Shown one piece after another: positions 9,185-18,346 of a DNA stretch of 64,000 bases. Each line of letters opens with the position of its first letter. Position 1 is the stretch's first letter. Location: positions 3,139,327 to 3,203,326 of the forward strand of contig CBDFIA010000002.1 in NCBI GenBank assembly GCA_965247935.1. The letters are read 5' to 3'. Source of the DNA: Tepidiformaceae bacterium (lineage in GTDB: Bacteria; Chloroflexota; Dehalococcoidia; Tepidiformales; Tepidiformaceae). Under the pieces are notes generated by a model that worked only from the letters and a program-made list of their open reading frames with translations, was not told where the DNA came from and did no database searches. The translations under genes were made by a program, and so were the position numbers.

Positions 9185-10245
9185 TGGCGCAGGCCGAGGC
9201 CCCCGGCGACACACCCTCCACCAACGGACGCGGTCCCTCGCCGCGCCCCCCGGTTCCTGCCCCGGCCCGCAGCGTCCTCGAACGCATGCGAACGAAGGCG
9301 AACCGTGGTCTGCGGATCGCCCGCATGTTGGGCCGGGGGGCGATCGCCACGGACCACCCCATGCTCGTGACGCTGGTCGTCACGCGGCGCTGCAACCTCG
9401 ACTGCGCCTACTGCAACGAGTACGACCTGGTCTCCGACCCGGTACCGCTGGCCGATCTCGAGCGGCGCGTCGATCGCATCGCTCGCCTCGGCACGAGCAT
9501 TGTCACCCTTAGCGGTGGCGAGCCCCTCCTCCACCCCCAACTCGAGGAGGTGGTCGCTCACATCCGTCGCCGGGACATGATCGCCACCCTCATCACGAAC
9601 GGCTATCTCCTCAGCGACGAGCGCATTGCGAAGCTGAACGCATCCGGCCTCGACTACCTCCAGATTTCGATCGACAACCTCACCCCGGACGACGTTTCCA
9701 AGAAGAGCCTCAAGGTGCTCGATGTGAAGCTACGCTCGCTCGCGCGGCTCGCTGCCTTCACGGTGAACGTAAACCTCGTGGTGGGCGCAGGTGTGCGCAA
9801 TCCTGAGGATGCGCTCCTGGTTGCGCGGCGCGCGCGCGAACTCGGCTTCGCGCCGACGATTGGCGTCATTCACGACTCAGACGGGCAGCTGCAGCCGCTC
9901 GACGATCGCGAGCGCGCGGTCTACCGCGAGATCCGCGGTCACAGCGGTCTCGGCTTCGGGATCATCGATCGCTTCGAAGAGAACCTGGCGCAGGGCAAGC
10001 CCACGAACTGGCGCTGCCGCGCCGGCGCGCGCTACCTCTACGTCGACGAGGACGGCCTAGTGCATTGGTGCTCGCAGCAGCGGGGGACGCCTGGGACGCC
10101 ACTCCTGAGCTACGGCCGCGCGGACATGCGCCGCGAGTACCGCACCGAAAAGCCGTGCGCTGCGTTCTGCACCATCCAGTGCGTGCACCGCTCGTCCATC
10201 ATGGATAACTGGCGGGGCCGCCAGACTCCGGCACCTCCAGCCTAG
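9184..10245 (+). CDS. radical SAM protein with a Cys-rich C-terminal (twitch/SPASM-like) region; function unknown
   Basis: CNLDCAYCNEY is a CxxxCxxC cluster motif, with GGEPLLHP downstream. The C-terminal Cys run is WRCRAG...HWCSQQ...CAAFCTIQC. The GTG at 9184 overlaps the PAP2 TAG by 1 nt. A downstream ATG at 9286 is an alternative start. Confidence 0.8.
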   Translation: MAQAEAPGDTPSTNGRGPSPRPPVPAPARSVLERMRTKANRGLRIARMLGRGAIATDHPMLVTLVVTRRCNLDCAYCNEYDLVSDPVPLADLERRVDRIARLGTSIVTLSGGEPLLHPQLEEVVAHIRRRDMIATLITNGYLLSDERIAKLNASGLDYLQISIDNLTPDDVSKKSLKVLDVKLRSLARLAAFTVNVNLVVGAGVRNPEDALLVARRARELGFAPTIGVIHDSDGQLQPLDDRERAVYREIRGHSGLGFGIIDRFEENLAQGKPTNWRCRAGARYLYVDEDGLVHWCSQQRGTPGTPLLSYGRADMRREYRTEKPCAAFCTIQCVHRSSIMDNWRGRQTPAPPA

Positions 10246-10266
10246 CTGCGCCGCCGCTCGTGATGG

Positions 10267-11380
10267 CTAGGACGAGCCGCCCCCAGCCGCCTCGCCCGCA
10301 GCCGGCGTGCGCGGGCCGCTCGCTCCCTCGATCTGGAAGCGCGGCAGCCACGCCAGCCAATGCGGGAAGTACCAGTTCGCATTTCCGAGGAGCTGCATCG
10401 AGGCCGGTACGAGCACGGAGCGGATGATCGTCGCGTCGATCAGGACGGCGACGCCGAGCCCGAACCCCATCTGCTCGAACATCACGAGATCGCCGCTGGC
10501 AAAGCCGCCGAAAACGGCGACCATGATCAGCGCCGCGCCAGTGATCAGGCGGGCCGTGGAGCGCAGGCCGAAAGCGACGGACTCGGTGTTGTCCCCGGTC
10601 TCATCGAAGCGTTCGCGAATGCGGCTGAGGAGAAAGACGTGGTAGTCCATCGAGAGGCCGAAGAGCACGGAGAACAGGAAGACCGGGATCCAGGCCTCGA
10701 TCACGTCCGACTGCGTGAAGCCGAAGATCTCGTTCCCGATCCCCTCCTGGAAGATGAGCACCAAGAGGCCGTAAGCGGCACCGACCGATAGCAGGTTCAT
10801 CACGATCGCCTTGAGGGGCACCACGATCGAGCGGAAGACGACCAACAGGAGGAGGAAGCTCAGGCCAAGAACGAAGGGGAACACGACGAATATGGCGTCC
10901 CGGCCGATGGTCTCGAAGTCGAGGGTCTCAGCGGTCGCCCCGCCAACGAGAGCCCGCGCCGGCACGTCGTCGAAGGCAGCCGGAATGTAGTCGTCGCGCA
11001 GCCGTTTGATCGCATCGAGCGCAGTCGAGCTCGTGGCGCTGCCGCCTGCGATCGCGGTCGTTAGCCGCGCCAGGTCGCCGGTCGTGTTTACCGTCTCGCT
11101 GAGAGGACCGAAGGAGCCGTCGGCAGCCATCGCCGTGGCGAGCTGATCGATCGCGCCACGAACAGCCGGGTCCGCGATGTCGCCGTCGACGACGATGATC
11201 GTTGGCTCGATGAGCCCGGCGGAGAAGTCCTCTTGCAGGACTTCGAAGCCGGCGCGCGATTCGAAGCTTTCGGGTAAGACATCGACGCCGTTCGAGCCGA
11301 AATTGAGCGCGAACGCCGGGGATCGAGAGCGCGACGAGCAGACCGCCGGCGAGCAGCACGCTAAGGGCCGGAGCGCGCAT
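10267..11380 (-). pseudogene. MMPL/RND-family transporter, second half only, with a frameshift
   Basis: Strong MMPL C-half similarity (periplasmic loop plus 5 TM, FGLSMDYHVFLLSRIRE). The first TM (MRAPALSVLLAGGLLVALSIP) is in another frame. The frames join at the GGGG run at 11318-11321. The first 6-TM half of a normal MMPL protein is absent. Confidence 0.75.
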
Positions 11381-11956
11381 GACCGCTCGGGCAACGCTCT
11401 CCCTCGCCTGGGAGAGCGACCCGAACACGAGTGGCGGCTCGCCGGAGGTCGCCACGGGTCCCGAATGGACCGCGTCGCCGGCGATGCAAACGGTCCCGGC
11501 CTCGGTCTCGACGAGCAGGCCGATACTGCCCACGGAGTGCCCCGGCAGCTCAATGACGCGCACACCGCTGGCGAGCTCCTCACTCTCGCTGACTTCCTGG
11601 ATCCGGTGGGTTTCGATGGCCACCCCGGTCCAGCGCGGCGTCGCCCAATCGTTCTCATGCGGCGCGCTGGCGTAGCCGCGTTCGCGCGGATGGATCAGTA
11701 GCGGGGCTTGCGGGAAGCGATCAAAATTCTGGACGTAGTCCCAATGCGCGTGGGTCATGACCACGGCATCGATGCTCGCTTCGCTGAGGCCGCGCTCGGC
11801 GAGGGCGGCGCTCAGCTCGCGCCGCCGTCCCACGTGGGCGGTGTCGACGAGAATGCGCCGCCCCTCCGACTCCACCAGGGTTACTGCGCAGAAGGCGGGC
11901 CGCCCGGCATCGGTCGAGAACGAGAAGCCGCGCAGAAGAACGTCGACGGTGGCCAT
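11381..11956 (-). pseudogene. MBL-fold metallo-hydrolase, C-terminally truncated and running in frame into the MMPL remnant
   Basis: ATG at 11956 is preceded by GGAG. The THAHWDY motif is HxHxD followed by Tyr where His is expected. Only about 190 aa of MBL-like sequence, with no stop codon before the MMPL first TM. Confidence 0.6.
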
Positions 11957-12295
11957 GGCCCACTCCGGAGGCCCGCATCGTCCCTGCGAAGGGCAACGCG
12001 ATAGCGAGGGGCGATCGTACCGCGGTCTTGAGGGTGCGGGGGTGCGGGCGGGGTCACCGGCAGCCCTATACGGTCTCGTAGATGTTCTCCGGCGAGCGCC
12101 CGGCGAGTCGTACACGATTCAGAACTGCCTTCGCCGAACGCCACCTAAGCCGGAGGAGGCCGAAGACCTCGCCGCCCCCATGAAGCTCTATCTGGACCTG
12201 GTTTCGGGCGAGGACACTACGCGGGCCTCTGCGCTACCCACGCTGGTATGTTTGCGCCCCGGCGAGCGACTCGAGTTCGCGGGTGGAGGCGTGAC

Positions 12296-12640
12296 ATGAA
12301 GGGTTCCGAGTACCTCGCCGCCGGCCTGGCGGAGGCGTGGCAGGCATCGTCCCCGGTGATCGCCTTCACGGGGGCGCGTTCGGGGGCGGCGGCGCACAAG
12401 AACGCCTACCAAGATGTCAGCGCCCGCTTCGAGAGCGTCACGAAGTTCAGCGCCGATGTAGACCGCACCGAGCGCCTCGCCGACCTGATTCCCCAGGCCT
12501 TTCGCGAGGCCACCTCGGGTGATCCCCGCCCCGTCGCCCCCGTGACCGCCTACGAGCGCGTGGGCCGGCGCGAACGGATGGTCGTCGACGACCTGGACGA
12601 GATCGTCGGTACGGGTGTGGGCGACTCGGCGCGCGAGTGA
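12296..12640 (+). pseudogene. remnant of a thiamine-diphosphate enzyme (acetolactate-synthase-like N-terminal domain)
   Basis: Only about 85 aa resemble the TPP_enzyme_N core (SSPVIAFTG, AYQDV, SVTKFS, AFREATSGDPRPV). The remaining ~450 aa of such enzymes are missing. Confidence 0.5.
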
Positions 12641-13948
12641 CCCCGAACCCCTCCCTCCCCGGCCGCGAGCCGCTGGCCGTGCGGGTGCTGCCCGGGCGCT
12701 ACTACTACGGCTGGTACGTCACGGTCGGCGTCGCGCTCGTGATGATGTGCGGCATCGGCATCGGTTACTACGGCCTTGCCGTCTTCCTGCGGCCGCTGCA
12801 GGAGGCGCACGGCTGGTCGAACGCGGCCGTCAGCGGCGCGACCGCACTCTACTTCGTCGTCTCCGGGGTGGCGTCCGCGGTCGTGGGGCCGCATATAGAC
12901 CGCCGCGGGCCTTGTGCTGACCGCGCTCATGACGACCCTCGTGGGCTTCGTTGAGCAGCTGTGGCAGCTCTACGTCGTTTACGCGCTTCTTGCCACGGCC
13001 TTTGGGTTGGCCGGCGGCGTTTCGACGAACGCGATCATGACGCGCTGGTTCATCCGCCGGCGGGCCCGCGCCATGAGCGTGTCAGCCACCGGCGTGTCCT
13101 CGGCGGGCGTCATCCTCCCGCCCCTGGGCGCCTGGCTGATTGGCGTGGGTGGCCTCGAGTTGGCGACGCCTATTCTGGGCGCCGTCATCCTCGCTGTCGG
13201 CTTGCCGGTCACCCTGTTCGTACTCGTCTGGGATCCGCGCCAGATGCGGCTCCCGCCCGACGGCACGATCCCAGCTGCGAACGACCGGCAACCCGACGAC
13301 GCGCTTAGCGATGCGGTCCAGCTCCGTGAGTGGACGGTGGCGGAGGTGCTGCGAACGGTTTCGTTCTGGGCGCTCACCCTCGCATTCGTGCTCGTGCTGC
13401 TGGCACAGACGGGCTTCCTCATCCATCAGATCGCGTTTCTGGAGGACCGCATGGGCTCGCGCACGGCCGCTTCGTTGGCACTGAGCACGGCCGCCATCGG
13501 CAGCATCGTCGCGCGTTTGGTCGTGGGGGTATTTGCGGACGCCGTGAGTAAGCGGCACCTGACCGCGGCGCTATTCGTGATGCAGGCGATCGCGGTTCTG
13601 CTCCTCGTCTACATCGACAACCCCGTCACGACCTACGTCTTCACGCTGACGTTTGGCTTCACCCTGGGGAACATCTACATGATGCAGTCGTTGCTGGTCG
13701 GAGAGATCTTCGGGCTGGTCTCCTTCGGTGCAGTCTTCGGCCTGGTTTCGTTTGCGAGCCAGGTGAGCAGCGGTGCGGGGCCGCTGCTTGTGGGGCTGCT
13801 CGAGCAATCGAGCGGCGGCTACGAAGCGCCGCTGACGGTCACGGCCTGCATCACCTTCGTGGCGGCACTGGTCGTGCTCTTCGCGCGGCCGCTCCGCCCG
13901 CCCAAGGGTCCCGCCGCCTACGGCGCGTCCCCCGCCTCCACCCCATAG
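12637..13948 (+). pseudogene. MFS transporter (oxalate/formate-antiporter-like) split by one frameshift
   Basis: ORFs 12637..12954 (TM1-3, ending GPHIDRRGP) and 12914..13948 (VLTALMTTLVGF..., the remaining TMs) are consecutive parts of one MFS protein. They lie in frames 0 and +1, with the junction near 12905-12913. Confidence 0.7.
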
Positions 13949-14640
13949 AGGCCGTTCGCGCGGATGTAGGCCGCCACCTCGGGGGGCAGATCCGTACCCT
14001 GCTTGCCCGCATAGCCGCCGCCGCGGATGTCGCTGGACGAGACGTGCCGGTGCCGGTCGTCCACGGGCCGCACGACGATCCGGGCGGCGTAGACCACTCG
14101 CAGTTCCGCCACGTAAGCCGCCACCTCCTCCGCGCTCACCGCCCCCCGGTTCGTGGCGATCACCCGGTGCTGCGCGAAGAACGGCTTCAGCTCGCGGTCC
14201 ATCTCACCCTCGTAGTAGCGCTCGTCGAAGAGGCGGACGAGCGTGTCCTGCCCCACGACGAAATCGAAGTCCGCCGCGGGATAGGTCCTGCGCAGGACCG
14301 CAGCCTGGTCGACGATGCGGGCCTGGCTTGCCGCGAGCACGGCGAGGCTGGGCCTCGCCCCGCGCGCGGCGAGGAGCATGCCGATGCGGTGGCCGAGCGA
14401 CGCGCCTTCGATCTCCTTCGCGACGTTTCGGGTCGTGAGCAGGGCCGCTTCCGCTTCGACGCCGGGAACGCCGCGGGCGAGCTCGAGCAGGTGCAAATGG
14501 GCCAGCGTCGGTGGATTGAAGGCCGAAGGCAGCACCGCCACGCTGCCCTGCAGCGGCTCGCTCGAGTCGAAACGAGCGACGGACGGTGCCGTCGCCTGAC
14601 TTAAGCGCTCCAGCGCCTCCTCGATCGCCTCGTTGCTCAC
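13918..14640 (-). CDS. cytidylyltransferase-fold nucleotidyltransferase, NadD/NMNAT-like
   Basis: The FNPPTLAHL motif sits at the HxGH position. SSSDIR resembles the ISSTxIR motif. 240 aa. Confidence 0.65.
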   Translation of the reverse strand: MSNEAIEEALERLSQATAPSVARFDSSEPLQGSVAVLPSAFNPPTLAHLHLLELARGVPGVEAEAALLTTRNVAKEIEGASLGHRIGMLLAARGARPSLAVLAASQARIVDQAAVLRRTYPAADFDFVVGQDTLVRLFDERYYEGEMDRELKPFFAQHRVIATNRGAVSAEEVAAYVAELRVVYAARIVVRPVDDRHRHVSSSDIRGGGYAGKQGTDLPPEVAAYIRANGLYGVEAGDAP

Positions 14641-14763
14641 GAGACGATCTTAGGGCCGCTTCGGGCCGATCGTGCTGCGTGAGGAGATCGCTTGCCCCGC
14701 TCTCGTAGCGGCCGTAGCGTGGCCGTTCGTGCGCATCCTCCGCGGCCGCCGGCTTGCCCAGGG

Positions 14764-16122
14764 ATGAGCCGGCGCCGCCCGAGCGCCGTCTCGCGGACGC
14801 GCCTCGAGCGATCGGTCGCGCCGCTCGCGCTGGCGGTCCGCGCGGCCCTGCGCTGGGTGGGCAGCAACGTCCGCCCCGGCGATCGCCGCGCGAAGCGGGA
14901 CGCCTTCGCGCTCGAGACGGCTGAGGACGTCGCTCGCACGCTCGGCGATATGAAGGGCGCGGCGATGAAGCTGGGCCAGATTCTCTCCGTGATGACCGGC
15001 ACGGTCTCTGAGACGATGGTGAGTCAGCTCGCGGGCCTGCAGGCGAACGCGCCGCCGATGGCGCCAAAGCTCGTGGCCTCGGTGTTTCGGGCCGAGTTCG
15101 ACCGGCCTCCGCGAGCCCTCTTCCGCCGCTTCGCCCGCTACCCCTTCGCCGCCGCGTCCATCGGCCAGGTCCACCGCGCGACCCTCCACGACGGCCGTGA
15201 GGTCGCGGTGAAGGCGCAGTATCCCGGCGTCCGGGAGGCGATCGACCACGATCTCGCGAACGCGGGCCTGCTGCTCCAGGCGGGCGGTGCGCTCGCGCCC
15301 GGCATGGACATGCCCCGTCTTGTCGAGGACCTCAAAGCCGGCATCCGCGAAGAGCTCGACTACCGCCAGGAAGCGGCCCACCAGCGGCGCTTCGCCGACC
15401 TCTACCGCGGCCACGCCTTCGTGCGCGTGCCCGAGGTTGTCGACGAGCTCTCCACGAGCGCGGTCCTGGTCCAGGACTACATCGAGGGCGAGCCCTTCGC
15501 CGCGGCGAAGGCGGCCTCGCAATCGGAGCGCGACCGCATCGCCGAGATCCTCTACCGTTTCGCCTTCGGCTCGATCTACCGCCACGGGCTGTTTAACGGT
15601 GATCCGCACGCCGGCAACTACCTCCTGCTGCGTGACGGCGCCGTGGCGTTTCTCGACTACGGCTGCGTCTCCGAGTTCAGTCCCGAGGTCATCGGACGGT
15701 TCGCCGCCGTGATCCGCGCGTTGGTTGCGCGCGATATCCCCGCTTGGCGGGAGGCCACGGAAACGCTCGGCATCCTCCATGCGGGAGCACCCTTCGACGA
15801 TGTGACGGTGTACGACCACATGCACTGGTACTGGGCGCCCATCCTGGAGGAACGGGTCACCTTCACGCCTGAGCTCGCGGGCGAAATGGTGCGCCGGAAC
15901 GTGCAGACGAGCGGCAAGGGTGGGGCGATCAACCGCTACTGCGATGTCCCGCCGGGGATGGTGTTCCTCACCCGGATCAACTTTGGCCTCGCGGGGCTCC
16001 TCGGCAGCCTCAACGCGAGCGGCGGCTGGCAGGGGATCATCGAGGAGTACGTCGCCGGGCGCCCGCCGACCACCGAGCTCGGCCGTCGCTCGGCGGTAAC
16101 GTCCGCCGGCCCGAGCATCTGA
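14764..16122 (+). CDS. ABC1/UbiB-family atypical kinase
   Basis: MKLGQILS, AAASIGQVHRA and VAVKAQYPGV motifs. Start set at the internal ATG at 14764. The ORF opens at 14692. Confidence 0.8.
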   Translation: MSRRRPSAVSRTRLERSVAPLALAVRAALRWVGSNVRPGDRRAKRDAFALETAEDVARTLGDMKGAAMKLGQILSVMTGTVSETMVSQLAGLQANAPPMAPKLVASVFRAEFDRPPRALFRRFARYPFAAASIGQVHRATLHDGREVAVKAQYPGVREAIDHDLANAGLLLQAGGALAPGMDMPRLVEDLKAGIREELDYRQEAAHQRRFADLYRGHAFVRVPEVVDELSTSAVLVQDYIEGEPFAAAKAASQSERDRIAEILYRFAFGSIYRHGLFNGDPHAGNYLLLRDGAVAFLDYGCVSEFSPEVIGRFAAVIRALVARDIPAWREATETLGILHAGAPFDDVTVYDHMHWYWAPILEERVTFTPELAGEMVRRNVQTSGKGGAINRYCDVPPGMVFLTRINFGLAGLLGSLNASGGWQGIIEEYVAGRPPTTELGRRSAVTSAGPSI

Positions 16123-16125
16123 GCG

Positions 16126-17034
16126 ATGGCCACCCCCCGGAACGGGGCGCGAGCGCCCCTGGCCGTGCTGGCGGTGGGCGTCCTCGCCGTCTCTTGGGCT
16201 GCGATCTTCGTGCGCCTCGCGGACGAGGCGCCAGCGCTCACGATCGCGGCCTACCGCTTGCTCTTCGCGGCCGGCCTACTCGTCCTCGTCGCCGCCGCCG
16301 CGAAGGCGCTCGGCCGCTCCGCGCTCCCGCCCCGCCAGAGCTGGCCGCTGCTCGCGCTCTCGGGCATGCTGCTGGCGGGCCACTTCTGGAGCTGGTTCGC
16401 TTCGCTCGAGCGCACATCCGTGGGCTCGAGCGTCGTCATCGTGGGGATGCAGCCGCTCCTCGGTGCGCTCCTCGCCTTTCTCGTTCTGCGCGAGCAGCCG
16501 GCCCGGGGCGAGTACGCGGGGGTCGCGCTCGCGCTCGGCGGACTCGTCGTCATCGCCGCCGCCGATCTCGGCCGCGGGGCGGGCGAGTTCGCCGGCGACC
16601 TCCTCGCGCTGCTCGCTGCCTTTCTCGTCGCGGGCTATCAGACGGTACGGCGCAGGACCCGTCACGAGGTGGACGCACTGGCCTACTCGGCGGTCGTCTA
16701 CACCGTCGCCGCGATCGCGCTCTGGGTCGCGGTTCTCGTTGTCCGCCCCTCGCTCACGGGCTTCGGCGGCGAAGCCTGGACATTCATCCTCCTCCTCGCG
16801 CTGATCCCGCAGGTCATTGGCCACACCGCCCTCAACTGGGCGCTGGGCCACCTGCGGGTCGTGACGGTCGGGCTCGCCGTCCTTGGCGAGCCCGTGATCG
16901 CGACGCTCCTCGCGATTCCGGTGCTGGGTGAGACCCCGCCGGTGGGGGTGCTCATCGGGGGGCCGCTCGTGGTGGCCGGCGTGGCGCTGGGTCTGCGGTC
17001 CGCGGCGCGGGCCGGAGATGGCGAGGTGCGCTAG
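16126..17034 (+). CDS. EamA/DMT-family transporter
   Basis: 302 aa, about 10 TM, with the duplicated EamA-like architecture. Confidence 0.8.
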   Translation: MATPRNGARAPLAVLAVGVLAVSWAAIFVRLADEAPALTIAAYRLLFAAGLLVLVAAAAKALGRSALPPRQSWPLLALSGMLLAGHFWSWFASLERTSVGSSVVIVGMQPLLGALLAFLVLREQPARGEYAGVALALGGLVVIAAADLGRGAGEFAGDLLALLAAFLVAGYQTVRRRTRHEVDALAYSAVVYTVAAIALWVAVLVVRPSLTGFGGEAWTFILLLALIPQVIGHTALNWALGHLRVVTVGLAVLGEPVIATLLAIPVLGETPPVGVLIGGPLVVAGVALGLRSAARAGDGEVR

Positions 17035-17594
17035 CCTCGCTGGCGGCGGCGTGCGGCCAGGTTGAGGGCGCTCGCGTCCGGTGGCGTCTCGATCGCGCGC
17101 CTGATGGCGCCCTCGTGGTCGCTGTCATGCTCGGCCCAGAGCGTGAGATAGGCGCGTAGCGCGAACACCCGCGGCTCGCCCCAGGGCGAGTCCACCCCGG
17201 CGACGCGGACGTCCCGGCCGAGGCTCTCGGGCGGGAGCGCTTGAAGCGCCGCGACCGTCACCGCGCGCGACTGGCGCATGGCTTCGCGCAGTTCCGGGAT
17301 TCCCAGCTCCGTGGCCGACTCCATCATCAGAACCCTCCGAGCTTCGAGCTCGCGCGCGTCGCTCGTCCCCGCGACCCACAGGCTCTGGCCCGCTTCAGCC
17401 GCTACTGCGAGCAGTTCGCTGAGGAAGCTGTCGATCGTAGCGAGGTGGCGGAAGTGGTCGAACGCCGACCAGGCATCCTCGGGCGCGCGTCGCTCCCAAT
17501 ACTCACCCGGGACGGAGGCGATCAGGCCCTCGAGCACGAGCCGGCGTGCCTCCGCTCGCTCGAGCAGGGTCTGCACTTCCGGGACGACGGCCAC
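17031..17594 (-). CDS. DinB-superfamily protein
   Basis: 187 aa, helical. His residues are spaced as in DinB-type four-helix bundles (DHFRHL ... HDSDH). Confidence 0.6.
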   Translation of the reverse strand: MAVVPEVQTLLERAEARRLVLEGLIASVPGEYWERRAPEDAWSAFDHFRHLATIDSFLSELLAVAAEAGQSLWVAGTSDARELEARRVLMMESATELGIPELREAMRQSRAVTVAALQALPPESLGRDVRVAGVDSPWGEPRVFALRAYLTLWAEHDSDHEGAIRRAIETPPDASALNLAARRRQRG

Positions 17595-17671
17595 GTCCTC
17601 GACTCTGCCACACCCGGGACTCGGGGGGCGAGCGTGGGGTCACTAAGCAGACGCACGGCTACACTCGATTC

Positions 17672-18346
17672 GTGCGCCTCCTCCTCTTCGATATCGACCA
17701 CACACTCATCAATAGCGGTGGCGCCGGACGCAGTGCGATGGCCGCGGCCTTCGCTGACGAGTTCGATGTCCCCTCGCCCTTGGCCGACATCCAGATCGAC
17801 GGCCGTACCGACCGAGCGATCTTCGATGACGCGCTGGGGCGGATTGAGGCGGAGGCGTCCGCGGCCACGTTCGAGCGGATGCTCGAGTCCTACCTCGCTC
17901 GCCTCCCGGAAGCGCTGCGGGCGCACGATGGCCGCGTCCTCGACGGCGTCGTCGAACTCCTCGACGCCCTCGCCCTGAGCCCGGCCGCCATCGGGCTCGC
18001 TACGGGCAACGTCGCCCGCGGTGCGGAGCTGAAGCTGCGTCACTTCGGGCTCTGGGAACGTTTCTCGGGGGGCGGCTTCGGCGACCGTTCCGCCGAGAGG
18101 GCGGAGGTGGTGGCCGCTGCTATCTCCGCGGTCGCGAAGGCCGCCGGGGTCAACGATGGCTCGGGCGACCCGCTCGTCATTGGCGATACGCCGCGGGACG
18201 TGACCGCCGCCCACGCCGCCGGTGCGCGCACGCTCGCGGTCGCGTCCGGCGCCTACGACGAGACGGCTCTGCGAGCGAGCGGCGCCGATTTCGTCCTGCC
18301 CGACCTCAGCGACACCGAGGCGGTGCTCGCGATTCTGCTGGGCTAA
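17672..18346 (+). CDS. HAD-family hydrolase (phosphoglycolate-phosphatase-like)
   Basis: The DxD motif LLLFDIDHTL immediately follows the GTG at 17672. GDTPRDV is motif IV. The upstream part of the ORF does not look protein-like. Confidence 0.8.
   Translation: MRLLLFDIDHTLINSGGAGRSAMAAAFADEFDVPSPLADIQIDGRTDRAIFDDALGRIEAEASAATFERMLESYLARLPEALRAHDGRVLDGVVELLDALALSPAAIGLATGNVARGAELKLRHFGLWERFSGGGFGDRSAERAEVVAAAISAVAKAAGVNDGSGDPLVIGDTPRDVTAAHAAGARTLAVASGAYDETALRASGADFVLPDLSDTEAVLAILLG

Noticed and set aside
7700-9214. Very long ORFs antisense to or overlapping well-supported genes. Examples: 7700..9214(-), 19447..21099(+), 19427..20980(-), 28926..30299(-), 39057..40904(+), 45043..47100(+), 57646-region shadows, and 62071..63834(-).
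   Set aside because: Their translations are Arg/Pro/Gly/Ala-rich and low in complexity, with no family resemblance. They lie opposite genes with clear homology. Shadow ORFs of this kind are expected in ~70% GC DNA, where stop codons are rare.
10928-12115. Single 395-aa protein as given by the ORF track.
   Set aside because: The first 53 codons precede a good RBS and ATG at 11956. The last ~130 codons are the wrong frame of the MMPL gene. It is better explained as a truncated MBL gene fused to an MMPL remnant.
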